This document shows, in pieces, positions 47,601 through 56,667 of a DNA stretch of 64,000 nucleotides. Numbering within the stretch: position 1 is the first letter of the stretch; the number at the start of each line of letters is the position of its first letter. The notes below the pieces were generated by a model. It did not search any database and had not been told where the DNA came from. It worked only from the letters and a program-made list of their open reading frames with translations. The position numbers and the translations under genes are program-made. The DNA comes from Zancudomyces culisetae HAW-14-8 (taxonomy: Eukaryota > Fungi > Kickxellomycota), in NCBI GenBank assembly GCA_052426225.1, contig JBNJNM010000021.1, positions 1,426,001 to 1,490,000 on the forward strand. The letters are read 5' to 3'.

Positions 47601-50018
47601 GACACACCATCTCAGGTAAGGGTATTGAGACGTGTATGGATAAAATAATTGCTATACAAAAAGCCGAGTCGCCGAAGTCGGTTAAGGAACTTCAATCGTT
47701 CCTTGGACTGACTGGTTACTACCGAAAGTTCGTGGAGAACTATGCCAGAATCGTAGCCCCGTTATTGAAGCTGCTCAAAAAGAATACAGTGTGGAGTTGG
47801 CAGTCGGAACATCAGTCAGCAGTAGAAGAACTAAAGAAACAACTTTGCGAGACTCCAGTTTTATCCCATCCAGATTGGACGCGTGAATTCATTGTCACAA
47901 CGGACGCCTCCATTGTAGGTATTGGGGCGATCCTTTCCCAGGAATTCGAAGACGGTGAAAGGCCGATTTGCTATTTGAGTCGTATTTTAAACCCACATGA
48001 GAGAAACTATTCAGTGGCACATTTAGAGGGACTTGCCGTAGTATGGTCCGTAAAGAAATTAAGACAATACTTGTGGGGTAAACACTTTACCGTCCGCACC
48101 GACCACAAGGCCCTAATACAACTGTTTAATGGTAAGGACATAACCGGACGTGTTGCCCGTTGGGCAATGATACTCCGCAACTATAATTACTCCATAGTAC
48201 ATTGTATGGGAAAGCGAAACCCAGCTGATGCGCTGTCCAGGCTTCCAGCAAATCAACCCTCGACTTCACATGAAGAACTGGACATACTCACACTTGACTT
48301 CCTATATTACACTGCTATTACTACTTACCTGAGAGAGAAAGAGTACCCTCGAGGAGCAGATGAAAAGTTTAGGGAGAAGTTGCGTAACAAGGCGAGGAAG
48401 TATACACTGAAAAACGATAGGCTGTGCCGTGTTATAAAAGGACAAGTCAAGGAGGTCCTGCACGAAAAGAATATCGAAGAGACGATACAATCTATCCATG
48501 CAGAAGGACATCATGGAATAGAAAACACATGGCTTAAGGTGAAAGAGAAATATACTGGCGAAGGGCTATACGAAGTGGTTAAAAAAATAGTCAATGAATG
48601 TATTACCTGCCAAAGATATAAAGGTGGAAGAACCCGAAGAAGCAACCTAAATCCGATCTTTAGCCCTCGACCATTCAGCATATTTGGATTAGATGCAATT
48701 GGACCCATCAATCCGGTGAGTAAGACAGGTAATAGATTTATTTTAACGGGGATCGATTATTTTACCAAGTGGCCTGTGGCCGCTGCGGTAAGTAATATAA
48801 AGACCGAGACCATTATTAGTTTTATAATAACACATATTATCCAGTGGTTCGGGGTGCCTAGTCAAATTATCACCGACTGCGGCTCGGGATTCGTGAGCGA
48901 CCTGGCGGAGCAGGTATATAAGGAATTGGGAATTCGGCATACCCCGACAACGCCGTATCGCCCCCAAAGCAACGGCCAAGTGGAACGGCTGAACCAGACA
49001 CTGAAGAACGCATTAGTGCGACAATGTCGAAAGGATAAACAAAACTGGGATAAGTTCATCTGGAAATCGCTGCTTGCAATTAGGACAATGAGAAATAAGT
49101 CCACTAAGTACAGCCCCGCTGAATTATTATACGGTGTGCAAATTGCTACTCCCAGTGTATGGACTCCGCCTCCTGATGTTGACGACCTAGATATTGCAGT
49201 ACAAGAGCGAATCGATGCTATAAAATCTTCATTGCCAGAGATGAGAACGGATAGTGTAAGGAATAATGTACTGGCCAAAGAGAGGGATCGAGAATCGTAT
49301 AACAAGCAGGTCAAGTCGTATAAATTTAATATAGGGGATTTAGTACTAAAGATGACGGAGCAAACCCAGAGTAAGCTAGAGGAGATTTGGGAGGGACCCT
49401 ATCAAGTGGAAAATGTATTATCCAAGGGAACCTATATAATTACGGATAATGAAGGGAAGAGAGATCTGGTCAATGGGGACATGTTAAAGCAGTTCCATTA
49501 CAGTAAGAATATGATACCAGAGGTGTCGTCGGTGTTACGTACCAAGTTAAGACGGTTCAAAAATGTTCCAACGATAAGTCCAATCTGGTAGGGGAGTATC
49601 TGTCATATCGAAATTTATGGATTACCCCTTGTCAGGAATTGGATAGGTAATTGGTTATTTATTAGTCATAATGTTATTATTTTATTATTATTATTATTAG
49701 TATTAAATTATTGGGAAGATTAGACTTTTCTCCCTGAGGAGGGTTTTTTCCTACTTCCTTGATAACAAGTCCGCGTTATCATTTTGTTTTTAAAAAGGGG
49801 ATTTTTTTTGGTTAATAAGTTATATAGATACAAGTTCTATATATAGTGTTTATAGTATCGAAAAGGAATAAACAATAATAAAATTTGAACAAGTGTCTAC
49901 ATTAATCAAGTTATTTGCAGTAACGGTAGACCTAAACACCCTCCGTAAAGAAAATAACTAGTGTATTGACACTGTGCATTCATAACGGGTACAATAATAT
50001 TCATAATTAAAACTGTAA
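44638..50018 (+). mobile_element. Ty3/Gypsy element, family D copy 2 (chimeric)
   Basis: The 5' LTR (44638-45058) is diverged from the 3' LTR (49601-~50018). The 5' third differs from copy 1, and the remainder appears identical to it. Confidence 0.93.
45170..49591 (+). CDS. Single-ORF Gag-Pol polyprotein (1473 aa), copy 2
   Basis: Same motifs as 28716-33137. Amino-acid differences are confined to Gag and the start of the protease. Confidence 0.95.
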   Translation: MKVPETFDCTSGMDPKEWVGKYRIIAKLNKWDEDDWIDFVQLHLGKRELVWYKRNTLKFTSWEEFTKQFITKFGPKDQSLKYLEQLKTISQDEFETIEELEYELEELLTKSKITEEKQKLNWLLSALTTENRIRVRDAGVESWTEIVELISKDEQQLAIQRKPSAIEKENNKKQTKPRIQLPHSGRPIKDMAQEKLGYGEMVKKMEEWSLNLLTKVDELMENKLREHRRPRPQSYTRGPIKCFKCGVEGHKVPDCPEQSKVQDTSVNFIELSTGNEEDTDVFAVQRGIHPRGVQKPYDFSNKKMTPITTHTRMSQRNMDEVRAEMEVEPPAKPQVVGTAKDHATKEEPPKSRNKLIPKITEGIEPFSLVEDLKSYYPHISLPQLIQAAPQLTHDMSQLAKKVKKDEINEIRLNPSKTSSCKIEITIFGRRMWAVVDTGAACSVATPNLVYGWGLITEQSDGQVIVTADGRRHAPRGIIRDVPVQIGKYIFATDITIMERTDDILILGTDWLLAHKTKLDMQKGELALPVGKQLLLAPLYTRVAAEGADSDEAEVYLVISERQDEGTEEVAMDPRVTELIEENKELFIEDVEQLTQTNVTQHRIELTQDTPIRQRPYRIPFHLYEKVRTELEIMEKNGVIAPCTSEWCSPVVAVWKKNGKLRICADYRKLNQVTRKDSYPLPTIDDIFMALAGATIFSSFDALSGYWQIPMALEDRDKTAFAIPGSGTYCYNVMPFGLTNSPASFQRMMEKALAPVLWKTTVVFIDDIVVYSTSFEQHLVDVREVLQLLKTNNIQLHKNKCSLAVNSLTYLGHTISGKGIETCMDKIIAIQKAESPKSVKELQSFLGLTGYYRKFVENYARIVAPLLKLLKKNTVWSWQSEHQSAVEELKKQLCETPVLSHPDWTREFIVTTDASIVGIGAILSQEFEDGERPICYLSRILNPHERNYSVAHLEGLAVVWSVKKLRQYLWGKHFTVRTDHKALIQLFNGKDITGRVARWAMILRNYNYSIVHCMGKRNPADALSRLPANQPSTSHEELDILTLDFLYYTAITTYLREKEYPRGADEKFREKLRNKARKYTLKNDRLCRVIKGQVKEVLHEKNIEETIQSIHAEGHHGIENTWLKVKEKYTGEGLYEVVKKIVNECITCQRYKGGRTRRSNLNPIFSPRPFSIFGLDAIGPINPVSKTGNRFILTGIDYFTKWPVAAAVSNIKTETIISFIITHIIQWFGVPSQIITDCGSGFVSDLAEQVYKELGIRHTPTTPYRPQSNGQVERLNQTLKNALVRQCRKDKQNWDKFIWKSLLAIRTMRNKSTKYSPAELLYGVQIATPSVWTPPPDVDDLDIAVQERIDAIKSSLPEMRTDSVRNNVLAKERDRESYNKQVKSYKFNIGDLVLKMTEQTQSKLEEIWEGPYQVENVLSKGTYIITDNEGKRDLVNGDMLKQFHYSKNMIPEVSSVLRTKLRRFKNVPTISPIW

Positions 50019-51237
50019 TGTTATATAAAACTTTAACTTTATATTATTATATATAGATTTCACACATATATAACTTTTACCCTACTCTGTTACAAGTAAT
50101 TTAGCTCAAGTTATTATAATTTAAGTTAGAAAAATCATATCCTCCCTTTAGATTCAATATTCAAAAACTATTTATATTTTTTTAGAATCGAAATAATAAC
50201 CAAACTATAAATTTATCCAATCAGAGCAATGTCGTATTATCCACTATACGACAGTACCCCCCCGTTAATCAGATGTGGATGCCCTCATCCCGATTATACT
50301 GCTTATATGTTATAATCAATGAGCTGCTTATAACTATGCTGTGATTAATATTCAGTATTATTATTTATTAGGAAGAAGTAGTTATTTAGAAAAATATATT
50401 ATTAGATGAGTTAATGATATCTTTTTCTCTGATGTATCCCAACGGAATTTCGAAGGGTTTATATATTTTTTCATCAGAGAAATTTGCTATGAAAAAACTT
50501 AGTGATAATAATTTTTTAGTTTTAAAATTTTACTATGTAAAAATGAACTAATTTAAAGTAACTATCAAAATTGAGTTTATCAAACTTCTTGTTTGATTTA
50601 TTCATGAGATTACTATATCGATTTTAACATGTATTTTGTTTATCGATTTTAACATGTATTTTGTTTATCGAATTTTATCATGGTTTTTGGTTATCCAATT
50701 TTAACATGTATTATGTTTATCGATTTTAACATGTATTTTGTTTATCGAATTTTATCATGGTTTTTGGTTATCTATTTTGCATACGATATTGTATATCGAT
50801 TTTGCCTATGACTTTGTATATCGATTTTGCCTACGATATTGTATATCGATTTTGCCTATGATTTTGTATATCGATTTTGCCTATGATTTTGTATATCGAT
50901 TTTAACATGAATTTTAAAAATTTAATTATTGAAAATTTTCTTTAATTTTCTTTGTCAATTTTCCCAATAATAAATACTGTGATTTCATGATGAATTTTGC
51001 ATACATGATTCCAATGTCGGAATGGCTTATTTGAATGTCGTAAGTGAAATAATAAAATAGTTTAATTTTTTATAGAACAAAAATGTAAACTAAAATTTAT
51101 GTTCCGGGAATTTGCCATTCCTAACATTTTAGGATCGATTCCAACAAAGATCCATTTTTTTTTTTGAATATATTGCCATTCCTAACATCACCCCCATCTT
51201 TATGATCAAGCTCCGCGAGATCGATAGCTTATCATGT

Positions 51238-54200
51238 TTAGGGTTTCTTGGATTTCTGATTAAACTGTTTTATTAGTCTTTGACAGTTTTCAAGATTTTC
51301 TGTTGGTTCCCAAGTGTTTTCGCAGTCTGAGAATCCTTTCCATTTGACGAGATAGTAAGCTCTGTTATTTGCTTTCTTGGCATCTAGAATTTCTTCTACT
51401 TCCCATTCTTCAGTATTATCTAAGATGATGGGTTCAGGTCTTGGCTTTATTTGTCCATTGATTATTGGTGCATGATATGGCTCAAGGAGTGATACATGGA
51501 ATACATCATGGATTCTCATGTCATCTGATAGTTTTAATCTGTAAGCCACTTTGTTTATTTGTTCCGTGATTTGAAACGGACCTATTCTTTGATTATCCAA
51601 TTTATTAGATGGTCTCATAGTCTTGATGTTTTTACGATCTAACCATACTAGATCGTTTACTTTATACTTGATATTTATCCTTTTACGATTTGATTGTTTT
51701 ACTGAGTTGTCTTGAGATTGATTAAGTGTTGACTTAATTTCTTCACATGATTCTTGAATGACTTTGAGATACGAGGTTACTGCAGGATTACTTGATATAT
51801 TTTCTTTAGTATTTAGAAAATCAGCCTTGGGGTTGTATCCATAGTTTGCATAAAACGGTGACATCTTGGTACTTGAGCTTACTGCGTTGTTGTAAGCGAA
51901 CTCTGCGAATGGTAGTAAGGTACTCCAGTTATCTTGATTGTAGTTCGAGTAATTTCTGAGGTATTGTTCAAGAGTTTGGTTGACTCTTTCTGTTTGTCCA
52001 TTTGACTGTGGGTGATAAGCCGAAGATAGATTAACTTTTACTTTTAATAAATTCATGATTTCTTTCCAAAATTTTGATCTAAACTGAGATCCTCTATAAG
52101 ATGTTATATCAATTGGCAGGCCATGTAACTTGAATATATTATTTATGAATAACTTTGCAGTTCCTGCTGCATCAATGGTTTCATTACAAGGTATAAAATG
52201 TGCTTGCTTTGTAAAGCGACACACTATGACAAGAATAGAATCGTAGCCATTTGAGGATGGTAGTTTTACTATGAAGTCCATAGAGATTTTGGACCACGGC
52301 TTTTCTGGGATTTCAAGTGGGTTTAACAATCCATATGGCTTATGTCTGTGGATTTTATTTCTTTGACAAATATCACATCCTTTGATATAATTATTAATGT
52401 ATTGTCTCATTCCTTTCCAATAGTACTCCTTGGCGATTAAAGCAAAAGTTTTCTGTTGACCTAAATGTCCGGCGGTTAGGGCATCGTGGCGTGACTGAAT
52501 TATTTCAAGTTTTTCTTTATCAGATGTAATTAGTTTAACCTGAGGGGTTTGAGTTTTAGCAGCATTAATCCATTTGGAAGCTGGGAGGATTGTGGCTTCA
52601 TACTTTTGTGGGTTGGTGTATTCACCCCCCGTTTCAGGTAATAAGTCGGTCCTTCGACTCAATGCATCTGCAACTGGATTAAGTGCACCTGGTTTGTAAC
52701 ACAACTTGAAGTCAAATTCTGACAAGGTATTTGCCCATCTGGCGTGTCTTTGCTTCAATATTCTCTTTGTTCTAAAGAATGTTAAGTTTCTGTGGTCAGA
52801 GAATACATTGATTGGATGGATTGCTCCACATAGGTAGTGTCTCCAGTGTTTAAGCGCGTTTACTATAGCCAATAATTCTTTGTCATGAATGTCATAATTA
52901 ATTTCGGCGTCTAGTAGTTTGCGAGAATAGAAAGCAACTGGATGGAGAGTGGAATCTGTCTTGGACACTGGTTGATTTAACACGGCACCTATGGCATAAT
53001 CTGAAGCATCAGTTTCAAGGTGAAAGGGTAAACTGGGATCTGGATGTGCGAGAATTGGTGCTGAAGTAACGGTTTTCTTGAGGAATTCGAATGCATCCTG
53101 GCATTCCGGAGTCCAATCAAATGGAATATCCTTCTTGGTGAGGTTTGTGAGTGGTCTGACTATCTTTGAATAGTCCTTGATAAATTTTCTGTAAAAGTTA
53201 GCAAATCCTAAGAAACTCATTACACCCTTAACATGGGTTGGTGTTTGCCAGCTAAGAATAGTTTGAACTTTTTCTGGGCTCATAGAGATACCTGTATCTG
53301 AAATTATGTAGCCCAAGAATTCTACACTTGTTTGGTCAAACTGACATTTCTCTAATTTTGCGTAGAGACCGTGAGTTCTTAGTCTTTCTAAGACTTCTTT
53401 TACATGAATGTTGTGTGATTCCTGATTTTCTGAGAATATTAGTATATCATCAAGATATACTATTACAGAAATGTCTAACATGTCTCTGAAAATGTCATTC
53501 ACCATTGCTTGAAACACAGCTGGAGCATTGGTTAATCCGAATGGCATTACTAGGTATTCAAAGTGTCCATATCGGGAACGAAAGGCGGTTTTCCGCTCTT
53601 CACCTGGCTTCATACGAACTAAATTATATGCACCTCTCAGATCTATTTTGGTAAATATTCTAGCATCATTGAGATGATCTAATAGTTCAGAAATCAGTGG
53701 TAGTGGATACCGATCTTTCACAGTTAGCTCGTTTAAGTCCCTGTAATCGATACAAGGTCTTAAACCTCCGTCCTTTTTCTTTATGAAAAATATCGGAGCA
53801 CCTGCTGTGGAATGACTTCTCCTGATAAATCCTTTCTTGAGATTTTCTTTGATATACTCATCTAGAGTCTTGAGTTCTGGACCTGACAGGTTGTATAACG
53901 GCTTGAACGGAATCTTGGCTTCTGGGTCTTTGAGCGGGATTTCACAATCATAGGGTCTAAGTTCTGGCAATGTGTCTGCTTTCTTTTTTGAGAATACATC
54001 TGAGTAATCTTGATATTTCATGGGTAGTTTTTTGGAGTGGTTTTCAAATGAGTCCTCATCTTCTGAATCATCGTATGGATCAAATGATTTCTCAGACAAG
54101 GTAATTTGGCTAAGAGTTAAATTATATGTATTAGATTCGGGCAGGTTGAAGTTCAACTTCAGTTTTACCCAATCAATGATTGGTTGTTGTTGTTTTAACC

Positions 54201-54609
54201 ATGGCAATCCTAGTATAACGGGATAACTGAGAGACGGTACGACATTGAATGTAGTCGTGCTAATGTGTTTATTGATCATGATTTCTAGAGGAACTGTGGC
54301 CTGAGTTATGAATCCATGGCTAGCAGGTTTATTGTTTGCTAGAATTATTTCTATGGGTTTATCCAATGTTTGGATCATGATACTATGATTATTTATAAGT
54401 CTTTTGCTTATAAAATTTCCTGATGCTCCGGTATCTACCAGAGCCTTGGTATGTATCTTTTTATTTTTATACTTGATCTTGATATTAATTAAAAAATTAT
54501 TAGAAAACTTGGTATTATATAAATAATGAGTATAAAACTCCATGGACGGTGAGGGTTCATGAAAATCCTTCAGATACCCTCTGATTTCTGAGGAGTTCTC
54601 TGGTTTTTT
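51238..54609 (-). CDS. Chromovirus Pol (protease, RT, RNase H, integrase, chromodomain), probably expressed by -1 frameshift
   Basis: Motifs LVDTGA, YLDD, ETDAS and SMDF, plus the C-terminal chromodomain WEVEEIL...YLVKWKG...TWEP. It overlaps gag in the -1 frame. The second catalytic Asp of the integrase appears replaced (TSYRG). Confidence 0.88.
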   Translation of the reverse strand, partial: KKPENSSEIRGYLKDFHEPSPSMEFYTHYLYNTKFSNNFLINIKIKYKNKKIHTKALVDTGASGNFISKRLINNHSIMIQTLDKPIEIILANNKPASHGFITQATVPLEIMINKHISTTTFNVVPSLSYPVILGLPWLKQQQPIIDWVKLKLNFNLPESNTYNLTLSQITLSEKSFDPYDDSEDEDSFENHSKKLPMKYQDYSDVFSKKKADTLPELRPYDCEIPLKDPEAKIPFKPLYNLSGPELKTLDEYIKENLKKGFIRRSHSTAGAPIFFIKKKDGGLRPCIDYRDLNELTVKDRYPLPLISELLDHLNDARIFTKIDLRGAYNLVRMKPGEERKTAFRSRYGHFEYLVMPFGLTNAPAVFQAMVNDIFRDMLDISVIVYLDDILIFSENQESHNIHVKEVLERLRTHGLYAKLEKCQFDQTSVEFLGYIISDTGISMSPEKVQTILSWQTPTHVKGVMSFLGFANFYRKFIKDYSKIVRPLTNLTKKDIPFDWTPECQDAFEFLKKTVTSAPILAHPDPSLPFHLETDASDYAIGAVLNQPVSKTDSTLHPVAFYSRKLLDAEINYDIHDKELLAIVNALKHWRHYLCGAIHPINVFSDHRNLTFFRTKRILKQRHARWANTLSEFDFKLCYKPGALNPVADALSRRTDLLPETGGEYTNPQKYEATILPASKWINAAKTQTPQVKLITSDKEKLEIIQSRHDALTAGHLGQQKTFALIAKEYYWKGMRQYINNYIKGCDICQRNKIHRHKPYGLLNPLEIPEKPWSKISMDFIVKLPSSNGYDSILVIVCRFTKQAHFIPCNETIDAAGTAKLFINNIFKLHGLPIDITSYRGSQFRSKFWKEIMNLLKVKVNLSSAYHPQSNGQTERVNQTLEQYLRNYSNYNQDNWSTLLPFAEFAYNNAVSSSTKMSPFYANYGYNPKADFLNTKENISSNPAVTSYLKVIQESCEEIKSTLNQSQDNSVKQSNRKRINIKYKVNDLVWLDRKNIKTMRPSNKLDNQRIGPFQITEQINKVAYRLKLSDDMRIHDVFHVSLLEPYHAPIINGQIKPRPEPIILDNTEEWEVEEILDAKKANNRAYYLVKWKGFSDCENTWEPTENLENCQRLIKQFNQKSKKP

Positions 54610-55562
54610 GCTTGAATAATAGTTTGATTCTTGATCTTGGAAATAATGGATTTCCCTGAGTCTCTGCTTGGGGAACGGGTCTTCTTCAGATTTACGGAGT
54701 TCGGATTCATAAAAGATTCTTGGTGTTTTTTCTTCCTGTGGCAATTCTGGACAGTGTGGTTTGAACCACCACAATAAAAACAGAGATTATTATGTTTTCT
54801 GTGATCTCTTTCTGGTTCGGTTAGTCTACGGGTGCCCATTACATCTACATCCATTCTGGTAATCTCCGAAGATGTATAATGCATGGGAGGAATCCATGGT
54901 TTAACCTTGTTCCTTTCTGCTCTTCTCTGAAAGATTCTGTTATCAATTCTGATACAGAGAGAAGTGAACTCTTCAAACGTAGTGGGTACGTGATCCAGAG
55001 TTGAGAGAGCGTCTTTGATTTCGTCATTTAGTCCTTCGTAGAAGGCCTTGACGAGCGCGGGTTCGTTATACTCTGTCTCAAGCGCTACACTTTTGAAATG
55101 TGTAGTGTTAGCGAGACAGCGCGAACGACCCTGCTGCAGGTTTTTTAATTTATTTTGCGCAACCCATACAGAATTGGGTTCGCCATAAGTTCTTTCTAAC
55201 AAATTGATAAAGTCTCTATACTGAAAGAGAATGGTATGACGTGCTTCCTGCAACGTTCTAAACCATGTTTGTGCCCCGTCGGTGAGGAGTGTCCCGATGT
55301 ACAGGACCTTAACGTGATCAGTTGGGAAACGGCTTGGCTGTAACTTGAATACTGTTTTAACTGTGGAGAGAAAGTTTTTTATATTGTCCTTTCTTCCTCC
55401 ACCAAACTTTTCTGGCGTCGGTACCTTTGGCTCTGGAATGAAGGCCCTTTGGAAGCTTGCCGACTGGCGAAGCGTGTCTACTTCATCGGACAGTCTTGAT
55501 ATCTGACCCATTAAGGTTTGAATAACCTCATTCGGGTTTGGCACTTGCTCTTGATCAGACAT
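54570..55562 (-). CDS. Chromovirus Gag (retrotrans_gag + CCHC)
   Basis: PEKFGG, LQQG..S, FYEGLN and CFYCGGSNHTVQNC motifs. Confidence 0.9.
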   Translation of the reverse strand: MSDQEQVPNPNEVIQTLMGQISRLSDEVDTLRQSASFQRAFIPEPKVPTPEKFGGGRKDNIKNFLSTVKTVFKLQPSRFPTDHVKVLYIGTLLTDGAQTWFRTLQEARHTILFQYRDFINLLERTYGEPNSVWVAQNKLKNLQQGRSRCLANTTHFKSVALETEYNEPALVKAFYEGLNDEIKDALSTLDHVPTTFEEFTSLCIRIDNRIFQRRAERNKVKPWIPPMHYTSSEITRMDVDVMGTRRLTEPERDHRKHNNLCFYCGGSNHTVQNCHRKKKHQESFMNPNSVNLKKTRSPSRDSGKSIISKIKNQTIIQAKNQRTPQKSEGI

Positions 55563-56667
55563 GGTGTACTAGATGGTAGCAATACTTAAGGGAGGCGGTG
55601 TACGCTGAAACAGGACTCTTTGACGGATACTGGATTATACAGCGGAATACAGAAAGACAGCTATGTGAAAGCTTGATTTTACTGGTGAAGTCTGGCCTGG
55701 ATCTTTGGAGACGGCAGAGAGAAAAATATTATGTTATAATCAATGAGCTGCTTATAACTATGCTGTGATTAATATTCAGTATTATTATTTATTAGGAAGA
55801 AGTAGTTATTTAGAAAAATATATTATTAGATGAGTTAATGATATCTTTTTCTCTGATGTATCCCAACGGAATTTCGAAGGGTTTATATATTTTTTCATCA
55901 GAGAAATTTGCTATGAAAAAACTTAGTGATAATAATTTTTTAGTTTTAAAATTTTACTATGTAAAAATGAACTAATTTAAAGTAACTATCAAAATTGAGT
56001 TTATCAAACTTCTTGTTTGATTTATTCATGAGATTACTATATCGATTTTAACATGTATTTTGTTTATCGATTTTAACATGTATTTTGTTTATCGAATTTT
56101 ATCATGGTTTTTGGTTATCCAATTTTAACATGTATTATGTTTATCGAATTTTATCATGGTTTTTGGTTATCCAATTTTATCATGGTTTTTGGTTATCTAT
56201 TTTGCATACGATATTGTATATCGATTTTGCCTATGACTTTGTATATCGATTTTGCCTACGATATTGTATATCGATTTTGCCTATGATTTTGTATATCGAT
56301 TTTGCCTACGATATTGTATATCGATTTTGCCTACGATATTGTATATCGATTTTGCCTATGATTTTGTATATCGATTTTAACATGAATTTTATAAATTTAA
56401 TTATTGAAAATTTTCTTTAATTTTCTTTGTCAATTTTCCCAATAATAAATACTGTGATTTCATGATGAATTTAGCATACATGATTCCAATGTCGGAATGG
56501 CTTATTTGAATGTCGTAAGTGAAATAATAAAATAGTTTAATTTTTTATAGAACAAAAATGTAAACTAAAATTTATGTTCCGGGAATTTGCCATTCCTAAC
56601 ATTTTAGGATCGATTCCAACAAAGATCCATTTTTTTTTTTGAATATATTGCCATTCCTAACGTTATA

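Larger units (their letters stand above)
50308..56662 (-). mobile_element. Full-length chromovirus (Ty3/Gypsy, Tf1/sushi-like), family J
   Basis: LTRs at 55732-56662 (5', 931 bp) and 50308-51187 (3', 880 bp). TSD TTATA. PPT-like GGGGGTGA. No TGG-type PBS. Confidence 0.95.

Noticed and set aside
56085-56420. ORFs with repeated YIDFAYD motifs
   Set aside because: They are translation artefacts of the LTR minisatellite.
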